Virus record (IMG/VR): IMGVR_UViG_3300042472_000628
Coordinates: 101,455 to 165,454 of that record
DNA length: 64,000 nucleotides
Source of the DNA: a virus
Taxonomy: Duplodnaviria > Heunggongvirae > Uroviricota > Caudoviricetes
Strand: one strand, 5' to 3'
In this document: one piece after another, positions 8,580 through 16,266 of the stretch
How positions within the stretch are numbered: the first letter of the stretch is position 1
Layout: every line of letters begins with the position of its first letter
Program-made: the position numbers and the translations under genes
The notes under the pieces: model-generated
Databases searched by the model: none
What the model was told of the DNA's origin: nothing
What the model saw: the letters and a program-made list of their open reading frames with translations, nothing else

Positions 8580-8645
8580 CTAACTACCAAAATTGAATGA
8601 TACGAGCCTCCAAAGTTCGAAAGGAGTCAGGTGGTAGTTAAATTT

Positions 8646-8726
8646 GGGAGTGTTGAGCAACGGTTGCTTAGCAGACTGTAAATCTGTGGCCTTACGGCAT
8701 TGGGGGTTCGAATCCCTCCACTCCCA
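8646..8726 (+). tRNA. tRNA-Tyr (GTA), class II
   Basis: Acceptor gggagtg/cactccc; anticodon loop ctgtaaa; long variable arm ggccttacggcat; T loop GGGGGTTCGAATCCCTC. Confidence 0.65.
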
Positions 8727-8735
8727 CTATAATAT

Positions 8736-8806
8736 ACATGTGTGGTGCAATGGTAGCATGACGGTCTCCAAAACCGTTGATGGGAGTTCGAATCTCTCCA
8801 CTTGTG
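8736..8806 (+). tRNA. tRNA-Trp (CCA)
   Basis: Anticodon stem acggt/accgt with loop ctccaaa; D stem gtgc/gcat; acceptor acatgtg/cacttgt has one internal mismatch. Confidence 0.55.
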
Positions 8807-9002
8807 CAAATAATAAGTTGATATGCTGTGAAAACCGAAATGAGCGCAAGTTGAGGTTAGGTGGGTTCGAATCCTGTTCAATAATTCCTATGTGGTGGAG
8901 CCAAGTAACAGATAACATATCATAGCCGATTTGGGTTGTGCACCTCGTCCGAGAAGCCCTAATAGTTCCTAATAGTTCGGTATGGAACAACTTATTATTA
9001 AT

Positions 9003-9076
9003 GGACTTGTAGCTCAGTTGGTTAGAGCACCGCACTCATAATGCGTAGGTCGTTGGTTCGAGTCCAGCCTGGTCCA
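9003..9076 (+). tRNA. tRNA with CAT anticodon (elongator Met or Ile2/lysidine type)
   Basis: D arm tagctcagttggttagagca; anticodon loop ctcataa without the GGG/CCC initiator signature. Confidence 0.6.
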
Positions 9077-9139
9077 CAGAATATGGAACAACATCGATCC
9101 CGTAATGCCATGGCTCGTGCACGAGTAACGGGATGCAAT

Positions 9140-9211
9140 AGTCGATTAGTTCAACGGATAGAACACTGAGCTACGGACTCAGGAATAAGGGTTCGAATCC
9201 TTTATTGACTA
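9140..9211 (+). tRNA. tRNA-Arg (ACG)
   Basis: Acceptor agtcgat/attgact; D stem gttc/gaac; anticodon stem ctgag/ctcag with loop ctacgga. Confidence 0.7.
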
Positions 9212-9220
9212 CAAATATAT

Positions 9221-9294
9221 TGCGGGTTAAAGTTCTGGTGAACTTATCGGTCTCATAAGCCGAATGAAGGGTAGTTCGATTCTGCCACCCGCTA
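9221..9294 (+). tRNA. tRNA with CAT anticodon (second non-initiator copy; Met or Ile2)
   Basis: Anticodon stem tcggt/gccga with loop ctcataa; T loop GGTAGTTCGATTCTGCC; acceptor gcgggt/acccgc. Confidence 0.5.
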
Positions 9295-9300
9295 CTAAAT

Positions 9301-9374
9301 TGCGATATGGTAGAGTTGGTTTCTTACGATGCTCTCATAAGGCATAGACTCTGGTTCGAGTCCAGATATCGCAA
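9301..9374 (+). tRNA. tRNA with CAT anticodon (third CAT species)
   Basis: Perfect acceptor tgcgata/tatcgca; anticodon stem atgct/ggcat with loop ctcataa; T loop TCTGGTTCGAGTCCAGA. Confidence 0.55.
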
Positions 9375-9379
9375 CACAT

Positions 9380-9507
9380 GATTGTACTTGTGCAGGGAAG
9401 CACAGCCCACCGGTAAATTGGGTGCCTTTTAGGCTAGGTTAATTTAAAGATGATGAAGTATCGATCAAGTAATCATCAGGGTTCGAGTCCTCTTACAATC
9501 ACGAAGA
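9380..9507 (+). ncRNA. about 128-nt tRNA-like RNA (perfect 7-bp acceptor gattgta/tacaatc + T-loop-like cagggttcgagtcct) with about 55 extra nt of internal hairpins
   Basis: Acceptor pairing and T loop seen directly; internal hairpins tgtgc-agggaa-gcaca and cacc-ggtaaattg-ggtg; may be an intron-containing tRNA or a stable small RNA. Confidence 0.35.
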
Positions 9508-9532
9508 GAAAAGCGAATAGTAATAATATTAG

Positions 9533-9604
9533 CGGCGATTAGTGGAGTGGTGACCACGCTGGCTATAGGGGCCGGAGAAGCAAGTTCGATTCTTGTATTG
9601 TCGT
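9533..9604 (+). tRNA. tRNA, anticodon uncertain (loop tataggg gives TAG, but no long variable arm and A33)
   Basis: Acceptor cggcgat/attgtcg (2 GU); D stem gtgg/ccac; T loop GCAAGTTCGATTCTTGT. Confidence 0.4.
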
Positions 9605-9795
9605 TATAAAATACTGGCCGCAATAAAATAAACCGGAAGTGTAGTAACGTGACAGATACTTAAGTTGCAAATAAAGTATTTGGTGTAGTTAAGTCTTACG
9701 TGGATTCGCGGTCTTAGGTAAGATGTTTATTTTATACTCTTTTTAAAAGTTTTTAGGGTGGTTCTGGTTCTTCAAAAACGCTATCACCTCCACCA

Positions 9796-9869
9796 GACTT
9801 CGTAGCTCAGTTGGTTAGAGCATCGCACTTTTAATGCGAGGGCCGATGGTTCGAGTCCATCCGGGGTCA
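9796..9869 (+). tRNA. tRNA-Lys (TTT)
   Basis: D arm tagctcagttggttagagca; anticodon stem tcgca/tgcga with loop cttttaa; T loop GATGGTTCGAGTCCATC. Confidence 0.75.
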
Positions 9870-10034
9870 CAATAAACTAAAAATTGTTACAATAAACTAA
9901 TAAGGTTTATTGATACAAAAAGAAGTTTACTGAATATGCTTCACTCATAATACTGCGATCTCTCAGTTAAAAGCTGTCGTAGAGTAAAGTTATAGTCCAA
10001 TATGGCTATAGGTTATGGTAAAGTGAAGCTCCAC

Positions 10035-10109
10035 GCTTTCTTAGCTCAGTTGGTTCAGAGCGCCTCGTTTACACCGAGGAGGTCACAGGTTCGAACCCTG
10101 TAGAAAGTA
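10035..10109 (+). tRNA. tRNA-Val (TAC)
   Basis: D arm tagctcagttggttcagagcg; anticodon stem cctcg/cgagg with loop tttacac; T loop ACAGGTTCGAACCCTGT. Confidence 0.75.
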
Positions 10110-10180
10110 CGACGGTGCACAAAGGGTACATGTCCTGGTCAGAGATTTATTCTCGCAAACTCGATACCTTAAGTTGAGCT

Positions 10181-10204
10181 GCCGATCTACGGGATCGGCT
10201 TTAT
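10181..10204 (+). terminator. hairpin gccgatc-tacgg-gatcggc followed by TTTAT (terminator or processing site inside the tRNA array)
   Basis: Perfect 7-bp inverted repeat directly 5' of tRNA-Leu(TAG). Confidence 0.4.
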
Positions 10205-10284
10205 GCCTGGGTGGTGGAATTGGTAGACACGGCGGTCTTAGAAACCGTGGCGAAAGCTTGAGAGTTCGAGTCTCTCCCTGGGTA
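10205..10284 (+). tRNA. tRNA-Leu (TAG), class II
   Basis: D region tg-gtg-gaattggtaga-cac matches the E. coli tRNA-Leu D loop; anticodon stem gcggt/accgt with loop cttagaa; variable arm ggcgaaagctt. Confidence 0.65.
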
Positions 10285-10287
10285 CTA

Positions 10288-10345
10288 GTGTTCATTATAA
10301 ATGAATGTTCATTGCCAATGAACACATGAAAATAATGAACATATA
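10288..10345 (+). promoter_or_regulatory. array of four 9-bp TGTTCATT/AATGAACA motifs in alternating orientation (two overlapping inverted-repeat pairs)
   Basis: gtgttcatt(10288) .. atgttcatt(10304) .. aatgaacac(10318) .. aatgaacat(10335); candidate operator or RNA structure between tRNA-Leu and tRNA-His. Confidence 0.4.
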
Positions 10346-10348
10346 CAT

Positions 10349-10422
10349 GGTGGTTATAGTGTTAGCGGTTAGCACGTCAGTTTGTGGTACTGATAGCATG
10401 GGTTCGAATCCCATTAATCACC
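10349..10422 (+). tRNA. tRNA-His (GTG) with encoded G-1
   Basis: Anticodon stem tcagt/actga (perfect) with loop ttgtggt; acceptor gtggtta/taatcac preceded by an extra G; T loop ATGGGTTCGAATCCCAT. Confidence 0.65.
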
Positions 10423-10429
10423 CAAAATT

Positions 10430-10514
10430 GGAAGATTGTCAGAGTGGTCTATTGTGCAACTTTGCTAAAGTTGTGGACTTCACGGTCCCGAAGGTTCGAA
10501 TCCTTCATCTTCCG
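10430..10514 (+). tRNA. tRNA-Ser (GCT), class II
   Basis: Perfect acceptor ggaagat/atcttcc; anticodon stem caact/agttg with loop ttgctaa; variable-arm hairpin tggacttcacggtccc; T loop GAAGGTTCGAATCCTTC. Confidence 0.75.
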
Positions 10515-10599
10515 CAAAAAATGAAACTTTTTTAATTGATCAAGTATAATTATCAAATAACAAAGTTCTTTAAAATATTAAAGGTTTCTTACAGCAATT

Positions 10600-10725
10600 A
10601 AAAAGCAATCAGAACCGGTACATTGTAGGTTCGAGTCCTACCTCCTCAACAAATTAACTATGAAAAATTGAGGAGTGGTGAAATTGGTAAACACACTGGT
10701 AAGCAAAAACAGAAACCTGACCATA
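10600..10725 (+). other. apparently permuted tRNA: T arm + 3' acceptor strand (gtaggttcgagtcctac-ctcctca, ending about 10648) lies UPSTREAM of its complementary 5' acceptor + D arm (tgaggag-tg-gtg-aaattggtaaa-cac, from about 10669)
   Basis: Exact complementarity ctcctca/tgaggag seen in sequence; halves are in reversed order on the same strand. Confidence 0.3.
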
Positions 10726-10914
10726 TTGGAATACATACAGCAAATTTACAAACTTTGACTTTTACTCAAACAAACTGTATTCCGTATTTTTAAAATATAA
10801 AGGATGCTTCCAGCAAATTTAAAAACTTTTATTGGAAAAAGCAAATCAGCATCCTGTTATTTTATTCATTTAACTAGCCAGCTTTATTAGATACATATAT
10901 AAATATTACAACAA

Positions 10915-11607
10915 ATGAAAACACATATAATTTATCTAAAGGGCAATGAATTCTCAGAGACCATGGTAAAAGATACCATAAAGTCTTTGAACAAATTCGA
11001 TATCGACTATGAATTATTTGATGGAGTTGTAGGCAGAAAAGGCATTGAAGTTTTAAAATCTTATAATGCAAAACCCTCAGCATATGTTAATATGGAAGAT
11101 TGGACCGATGGTACTATCGGTTGTTTAGCAAGTCATTATTTATTATGGGACGAGTGCTCTAAACAAGATCAACCTTTTTTAATTCTTGAACAAGATGCTG
11201 TTTTAGTTAGAGATCCTAGAGAAATACTACACTTAATAGAAAATGCATGTCATTTAGATGCATATTTACCCTTTAATAATTCAGGTGCTGTTACAGAACA
11301 TGAACACTTTAAAGCTTATAATGATGCTATCAAACTTTATACTAGTGGAGTTAAAAAACACCCTATTAGTAAATTTTATGGAGATAAGTCTGTAACTGGA
11401 AGCACTTTTAGAGGCGCATATGGATATATAATAACACCCAAAGGTGCCCAAGAAATCTTAAATTTTATAAATAAAAAAGGTATATTTCCAGCAGATGCAT
11501 GTTTATGTGAAAATGCTACAGATATTCAAAGATCAAATAGTACATACGTTAGATTAAATCCATTTTTCGAAACATTGGACTTACAAAGAAAATTTTCATC
11601 AAGATAA
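10915..11607 (+). CDS. glycosyltransferase family 25 (LOS/LPS beta-glycosyltransferase-like)
   Basis: GTIGCLASHYLLWDE motif and overall layout typical of GT25 (Lic2B/LgtB-like). Confidence 0.55.
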   Translation: MKTHIIYLKGNEFSETMVKDTIKSLNKFDIDYELFDGVVGRKGIEVLKSYNAKPSAYVNMEDWTDGTIGCLASHYLLWDECSKQDQPFLILEQDAVLVRDPREILHLIENACHLDAYLPFNNSGAVTEHEHFKAYNDAIKLYTSGVKKHPISKFYGDKSVTGSTFRGAYGYIITPKGAQEILNFINKKGIFPADACLCENATDIQRSNSTYVRLNPFFETLDLQRKFSSR

Positions 11608-11611
11608 CCAT

Positions 11612-11685
11612 AGTCATTTAGCTCAGTTGGTTAGAGCGCCTCGCTGATACCGAGGAGGTCGTAAGTTCGAGTCTTACATTGACTA
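11612..11685 (+). tRNA. tRNA-Ile (GAT)
   Basis: D arm tagctcagttggttagagcg; anticodon stem cctcg/cgagg with loop ctgatac; T loop GTAAGTTCGAGTCTTAC. Confidence 0.7.
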
Positions 11686-11689
11686 CATA

Positions 11690-11717
11690 AAAAAAGCCGC
11701 AATTTGCGGCTTTTTTC
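11690..11717. terminator. bidirectional rho-independent terminator (A6-gccgcaa-at-ttgcggc-T6) between convergent + and - strand genes
   Basis: Perfect 7-bp hairpin flanked by an A-run and a T-run. Confidence 0.7.
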
Positions 11718-11734
11718 GTTTCATCAGTTTTAGA

Positions 11735-14365
11735 TTAACTAAAAGATATTGATATTGGATCACCATATACAAATGATGAAGCTGCTGTTACAGTTTGAGT
11801 TGCTGCAGCAGTGTTAATACTTATAAAACCTGGACCTGCATTAACATACGCCATGTTTGACATAAGAGTGTAAGTTGCTGTATTACCATTTTGTGTAACT
11901 GATATAGTTCCACCGTTATTTTGTAAAGCAGTGAATTGAGTTGTATAATCAGTACCTGCGCTGTCTTTTAAGCAAAAGTTAAGATAGTCAATTCCTGTAT
12001 TATTATTTGGATTAAATGTTGAAAGAGTTCCAGAACCTGAGTTATTATCTGTAAATATCGCTTGACCGTCTGATGTAGGAGGTCCAACTGTGAATGCTCC
12101 TTCAGCAGTATAGAAGTACCAAGAACCTGATCCAGTGTTTCCACCTCCACCGTTGTTTCCACCTTCATCTAAAACAAAAGGTCCTTTATAGTCTTTTGAA
12201 ATATAAACTCCATTTCCTCCTGCGCTCATGCTTAATACACTAATCATAGGAACATTACCTTCAATTGTATCAAATCCTCTTAAAATAGTAGAATTTATTG
12301 TTTCATAAACTAAAGGCATTGCTGTAAGAGTATTAACAACTAAACTTAGATCTTGCGTACTTCCAGGAATTTGATCCATTGAAATTCCGATTATATTGTA
12401 AACATTATATAAGTTACCTCCATTAGTTATTTCAATATTAGTGATTGAGCCACCAGAAACTGTAATTGTAAATTGTGCACCAGTACCTTCACTACCAGAA
12501 TAGTTAGCAGTTTGGTATACATTATAAACACCATCAGTATATGTAGATTCTCCTATGTTTATTGAAACTGTAGCTATAGAATTAAGTTTTTCTTTAAAAT
12601 TCACACCAGATAAACCAACAACATCAACTTTATTATTTTGAAACCAATGACCGATATTATTAGTACTAAAGTTATCAGCGATATGATTACTATAAAAATA
12701 TTCACCAATGTTATTACCAGTAAAGAAATTACCAATTACATTTCCTCTTGATTCACCATAACCAAATCCAAAGTCTGATGCAATAGTGTTATTGGTAAAA
12801 TTATGACCAATTGTATTGAATCTAAAATCATATCCAATTGTATTATTTTGAAAATTATTACCGATGGTGTTATTATCACCACCTTCTAATATATTAGCTA
12901 TAAAATAATTACCAATTACATTATCACCGAAATTGTTTGTGATTTTATTTTCTCTAAATGCATTTCCAATTCTATTGTTTTCAAACGTATCATGGCAAAT
13001 GTTATTACCGAAATCAAAATCAATAGTGTTAGCTATAAATGTATCGTCTATTATGTTTCTTTGAAAATCATCATTGATGATATTTTTCATGAACTCACCG
13101 TTTGACATAGTTACGAAATTATATTTAAAATTATTTCGTATAACATTATTACTAAAATCATAACCATCATTATCAGCTAAAGTATTATGTTCAAAGCCAT
13201 CACCAATTTGATTTCTAGCCATATCACAATCAATCCAGTTATTTGTAAAATAATTTCCAATGGTGTTTCTATCAAAATCATCAGTCATGATATTATTTTG
13301 GAAATAAAGACCTATTCTGTTACCGTCCATATCATCATCAAATGTATTATTTTGTACATTAGCACCAAAATAATTATCATTATATGTACCGTCTAAGAAA
13401 ACATTATTTGATAAAATAAAAGAATTATAGTCTCTATTATCACCTAAATAAGTATTATTACTATCGTTATCATTAAACGTATAAAATTGTTCAGAATTGA
13501 AACGCAAAGATGGTGCATTACATTTAAATGGACTTCTAAGACCTTTTGTCCAACCTTTAGAATATGTAGCGTTATATTCCCAACCATATGAAATACCAGC
13601 AACAGTCATTGTTGTATCATTTTCAATTCCAACAACTTCATAGAAGTTATGACAACCGATATTATTTGTGTTAAAAACAGCAAGATAATCACCAACATAG
13701 AAACTATTTGTAAAACTAGTATTAGTTCCGGTTACTGTTGCATGCATTATTGGTCCATCAGGTCCGATTAATTGTTCTTGTGTTTCAGGATTATACACGA
13801 AAAAAGGTTCTCCAACACTAACAGTACCTTCATAATAAGAATCTGCCATTAAAGCTTCATGTCTTATAAATTGTACATTTCTAAAATCATAATCAGCTCT
13901 ATTATTTCTTTCATCGATTCTTTCTGTAATTCTACCTTTAGCACCACTATTAGTAAACTCAGTTTGATTCCAAGTAACGTCATATTGAATTTTGTCTTTA
14001 GGATATTCTGGTGAATAAGTTGTTGATGAAATTCTATCTGCAGCTAAAGCCAAAACCATTAATGACTCAATATTACCAACTTTATATGTGTTTTCATTAC
14101 TGATAGCATTACCATTCCAGTCAAAATTAGGTTGATCATAGCATGTTTGGAAATCTGTTATCATATAGAAGTTACCCGGTACTAAACCAACAACTGATAT
14201 TAATCCTGTTAATTCAGCATAAGTTAGTTCTGTGTAGTTTACACCTGCAATTTCAGAATATGGTACATGAACTGTAGCACCATTTTTTTCAGCTAAAAAT
14301 AATGTAGTAGCTGTAACTTGATCAATTGGATTTAATTGACCTATTGTTTTTGGAGTTAATGACAT
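11735..14365 (-). CDS. tail fibre / receptor-binding protein with long run of N-x-(I/F)-G-x-N-F beta-helix-type repeats and Gly-rich C-terminal region
   Basis: 876-aa ORF; central region is about 25 degenerate repeats (NNIxxDxFxxNxIGNxF...); composition typical of phage fibres/spikes. Confidence 0.55.
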   Translation of the reverse strand: MSLTPKTIGQLNPIDQVTATTLFLAEKNGATVHVPYSEIAGVNYTELTYAELTGLISVVGLVPGNFYMITDFQTCYDQPNFDWNGNAISNENTYKVGNIESLMVLALAADRISSTTYSPEYPKDKIQYDVTWNQTEFTNSGAKGRITERIDERNNRADYDFRNVQFIRHEALMADSYYEGTVSVGEPFFVYNPETQEQLIGPDGPIMHATVTGTNTSFTNSFYVGDYLAVFNTNNIGCHNFYEVVGIENDTTMTVAGISYGWEYNATYSKGWTKGLRSPFKCNAPSLRFNSEQFYTFNDNDSNNTYLGDNRDYNSFILSNNVFLDGTYNDNYFGANVQNNTFDDDMDGNRIGLYFQNNIMTDDFDRNTIGNYFTNNWIDCDMARNQIGDGFEHNTLADNDGYDFSNNVIRNNFKYNFVTMSNGEFMKNIINDDFQRNIIDDTFIANTIDFDFGNNICHDTFENNRIGNAFRENKITNNFGDNVIGNYFIANILEGGDNNTIGNNFQNNTIGYDFRFNTIGHNFTNNTIASDFGFGYGESRGNVIGNFFTGNNIGEYFYSNHIADNFSTNNIGHWFQNNKVDVVGLSGVNFKEKLNSIATVSINIGESTYTDGVYNVYQTANYSGSEGTGAQFTITVSGGSITNIEITNGGNLYNVYNIIGISMDQIPGSTQDLSLVVNTLTAMPLVYETINSTILRGFDTIEGNVPMISVLSMSAGGNGVYISKDYKGPFVLDEGGNNGGGGNTGSGSWYFYTAEGAFTVGPPTSDGQAIFTDNNSGSGTLSTFNPNNNTGIDYLNFCLKDSAGTDYTTQFTALQNNGGTISVTQNGNTATYTLMSNMAYVNAGPGFISINTAAATQTVTAASSFVYGDPISISFS

Positions 14366-14387
14366 TTTTGTTAAATTTATTTTTTGT

Positions 14388-14834
14388 TTAGATGTTATAA
14401 GCTAAGTATACGCCTTCGTCAAGAGAGATGTATTCGTTGTTTGAAGTGATGATCGCATTAAATAATTCGGTTTCTTCATTTGGAGTTAATCCCCAAGAAG
14501 TCCAATATCCATTATCGTTTAACCAAACTTTTGCGGTATCGCCTGTTAAAAAACTTTGATCAAATACTTTATTTACTAGTAAAAGAAATGAAGCTTCTGT
14601 TTTTATAGAAGATCTTACGAAACCTAAATAAGCGGTATCACCATCTGCACCTATGTGCAAACCTTCTGGATCTGGTTGAGCAATAATATAATTTAGATCT
14701 TCTTCTGGACCGTTCCACCATTTTAATGATGTGGACTCAAAACTATCAGTAGGTGTTCCTACAGTTAATGATCCAAATTGTTGTGTTCCTGATATATTCC
14801 CACTGGGATTATATGCAAATGGTCTTGTACTCAT
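14388..14834 (-). CDS. tail-fibre-associated / baseplate protein (co-oriented, immediately upstream of the fibre gene)
   Basis: ORF track; position and strand. Confidence 0.35.
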   Translation of the reverse strand: MSTRPFAYNPSGNISGTQQFGSLTVGTPTDSFESTSLKWWNGPEEDLNYIIAQPDPEGLHIGADGDTAYLGFVRSSIKTEASFLLLVNKVFDQSFLTGDTAKVWLNDNGYWTSWGLTPNEETELFNAIITSNNEYISLDEGVYLAYNI

Positions 14835-14901
14835 ATTTCATACTTTTTTATAATTATATATTTAGAGGAATATATAGAATATACTTAAAAATAAGACAGT
14901 T

Positions 14902-15933
14902 ATGAAATTAAAAAGTTATGAAGGGTTCATTGCTAATAAAAGATTAGTAGAATCTAGACGACAAGTAATAGTTAATGTACTTGAACAGTTCGAAGAAATT
15001 AAACCAATTATGAATGAAGCTCTATTTATAGTTGAGTTTGGTATATTTGATGAAGGTTTTGATAATCTGAATGAAGAGAACCTAATTAGCAAAATGAAAG
15101 CTAAATTTGATGCTGCTGTAGAGGTTGCAAAAGAAAAAGGTAAACAAGCATTATCAAAATCACAAGAAGTTATCATCAAATTAGGTGGTAAAATTGCTTC
15201 TATTATTAAACTTATAGTTGAGAAATTAAAAGAATGGGTTGACACCGCATGGACTGCTGCAAAAGCTGCATATCAATCAGGTGTACAAGCTAAGGCTAAA
15301 GAAATTTCTGCAGCTATTGAAAAGAAATCAGAAGAAAGTAAAAATCTTTTATTAAAAGAAGTTAAACAAGGTAAACAGGTTGTATCTGCAACAGTTGGAT
15401 GGATTACTAGTGGATTTGTTAAAGATACTGCAACTGCAGCTCAACAGGCTGCAAGTGAAGATGTTAAAGAAGCTTTTGAAATTGCAATATTAGATTCTAT
15501 AAATGAAGCTATTATTAATGGCGATATTGATTTCAGAGAATTGGTACAAGAAAGCGATGAACATGCAGCTGGTATTCCATTTGTATCTGCAATCGCTCAT
15601 AAAATGCACCATATTCCACCGTTTAATTTATTAGATAAAGTTAAACAAGCTGCTGAAAAAGTTGCTAAAGGAACTCTAGGTAAATTATCATATTATGCTA
15701 CTGAATTAGCAGGAGCACCAGGACCATTTGAGTTTATTGCACTTGCAGGTATTATTGGAATTATTGCTGAAGTTAAAGTTAAAGGAGCTGCAAAACATGC
15801 TTTATTACATGCAGTGCCAGGTTTAGGTACAGTAGCATCAATTATATCAAATGTTGCCATGTTATTAGCTGTAATTGGTATTGTTGAAGCTTTAATGGCA
15901 AAAGATTCTGAAGAAGGCGAAAAAGCACACTAA
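14902..15933 (+). CDS. hypothetical alpha-helical protein with C-terminal hydrophobic segments
   Basis: ORF track; K/E/A-rich helical N-terminus, hydrophobic C-terminus (IALAGIIGIIAEV..., VASIISNVAMLLAVIGIV). Confidence 0.4.
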   Translation: MKLKSYEGFIANKRLVESRRQVIVNVLEQFEEIKPIMNEALFIVEFGIFDEGFDNLNEENLISKMKAKFDAAVEVAKEKGKQALSKSQEVIIKLGGKIASIIKLIVEKLKEWVDTAWTAAKAAYQSGVQAKAKEISAAIEKKSEESKNLLLKEVKQGKQVVSATVGWITSGFVKDTATAAQQAASEDVKEAFEIAILDSINEAIINGDIDFRELVQESDEHAAGIPFVSAIAHKMHHIPPFNLLDKVKQAAEKVAKGTLGKLSYYATELAGAPGPFEFIALAGIIGIIAEVKVKGAAKHALLHAVPGLGTVASIISNVAMLLAVIGIVEALMAKDSEEGEKAH

Positions 15934-15958
15934 TTTCAAGCTACCAATCTGATATATA

Positions 15959-16264
15959 TTGTATAACGCTATAATGCGTAAAAATATATACGATATTATG
16001 AAATTTATTAATTGGTTAGCGAAATTATTTCAGGATGAACATGGTAATCCATCATCTAAAAGATTTGTTGGAATTATATGTGCACTATCATTATGTGTTA
16101 CTTTATTTCTTCCAGTAAATCTACAACACTCAGGTACTTTAATCAATGCAGTGGCTTTATTAGCATTTGGTGGTTTAGGATTATCTTCAGTAGACAAATT
16201 TACTGCTGTTAAAAAACAAATCGCTGAAGCTACAGCAGATGAAACTGAAAAAACAGAAAATTAA
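15959..16264 (+). CDS. small membrane protein (2 predicted TM helices), holin-like topology
   Basis: FVGIICALSLCVTLFLPV and LINAVALLAFGGLGL hydrophobic stretches. Confidence 0.35.
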   Translation: MYNAIMRKNIYDIMKFINWLAKLFQDEHGNPSSKRFVGIICALSLCVTLFLPVNLQHSGTLINAVALLAFGGLGLSSVDKFTAVKKQIAEATADETEKTEN

Positions 16265-16266
16265 TT

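Noticed and set aside
8958-8977. Tandem duplication cctaatagtt x2
   Set aside because: Only two copies of a 10-mer in an intergenic tRNA spacer. Probably a slippage duplication with no evident function; noted but not pursued.
5790-10535. ORFs 5790..5975(+), 6495..6677(-), 7454..7765(+), 7555..7887(-), 7835..8176(-), 8627..8881(-), 8644..8925(+), 8727..9035(-), 10083..10325(-), 10305..10535(+)
   Set aside because: All lie within the tRNA island and overlap tRNA genes or tRNA-like elements on either strand. None has a cassette-type promoter or plausible protein composition (Cys/Trp/Arg-rich translations of GC-rich tRNA stems).
14902-16264. Calling 14902..15933 / 15959..16264 a holin-spanin lysis cassette
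   Set aside because: The only support is TM helices and proximity to the possible cell-wall enzyme. The unambiguous endolysin is 33 kb away and no spanin-type lipoprotein/TM pair is adjacent. Kept as hypothetical or holin-like topology only.
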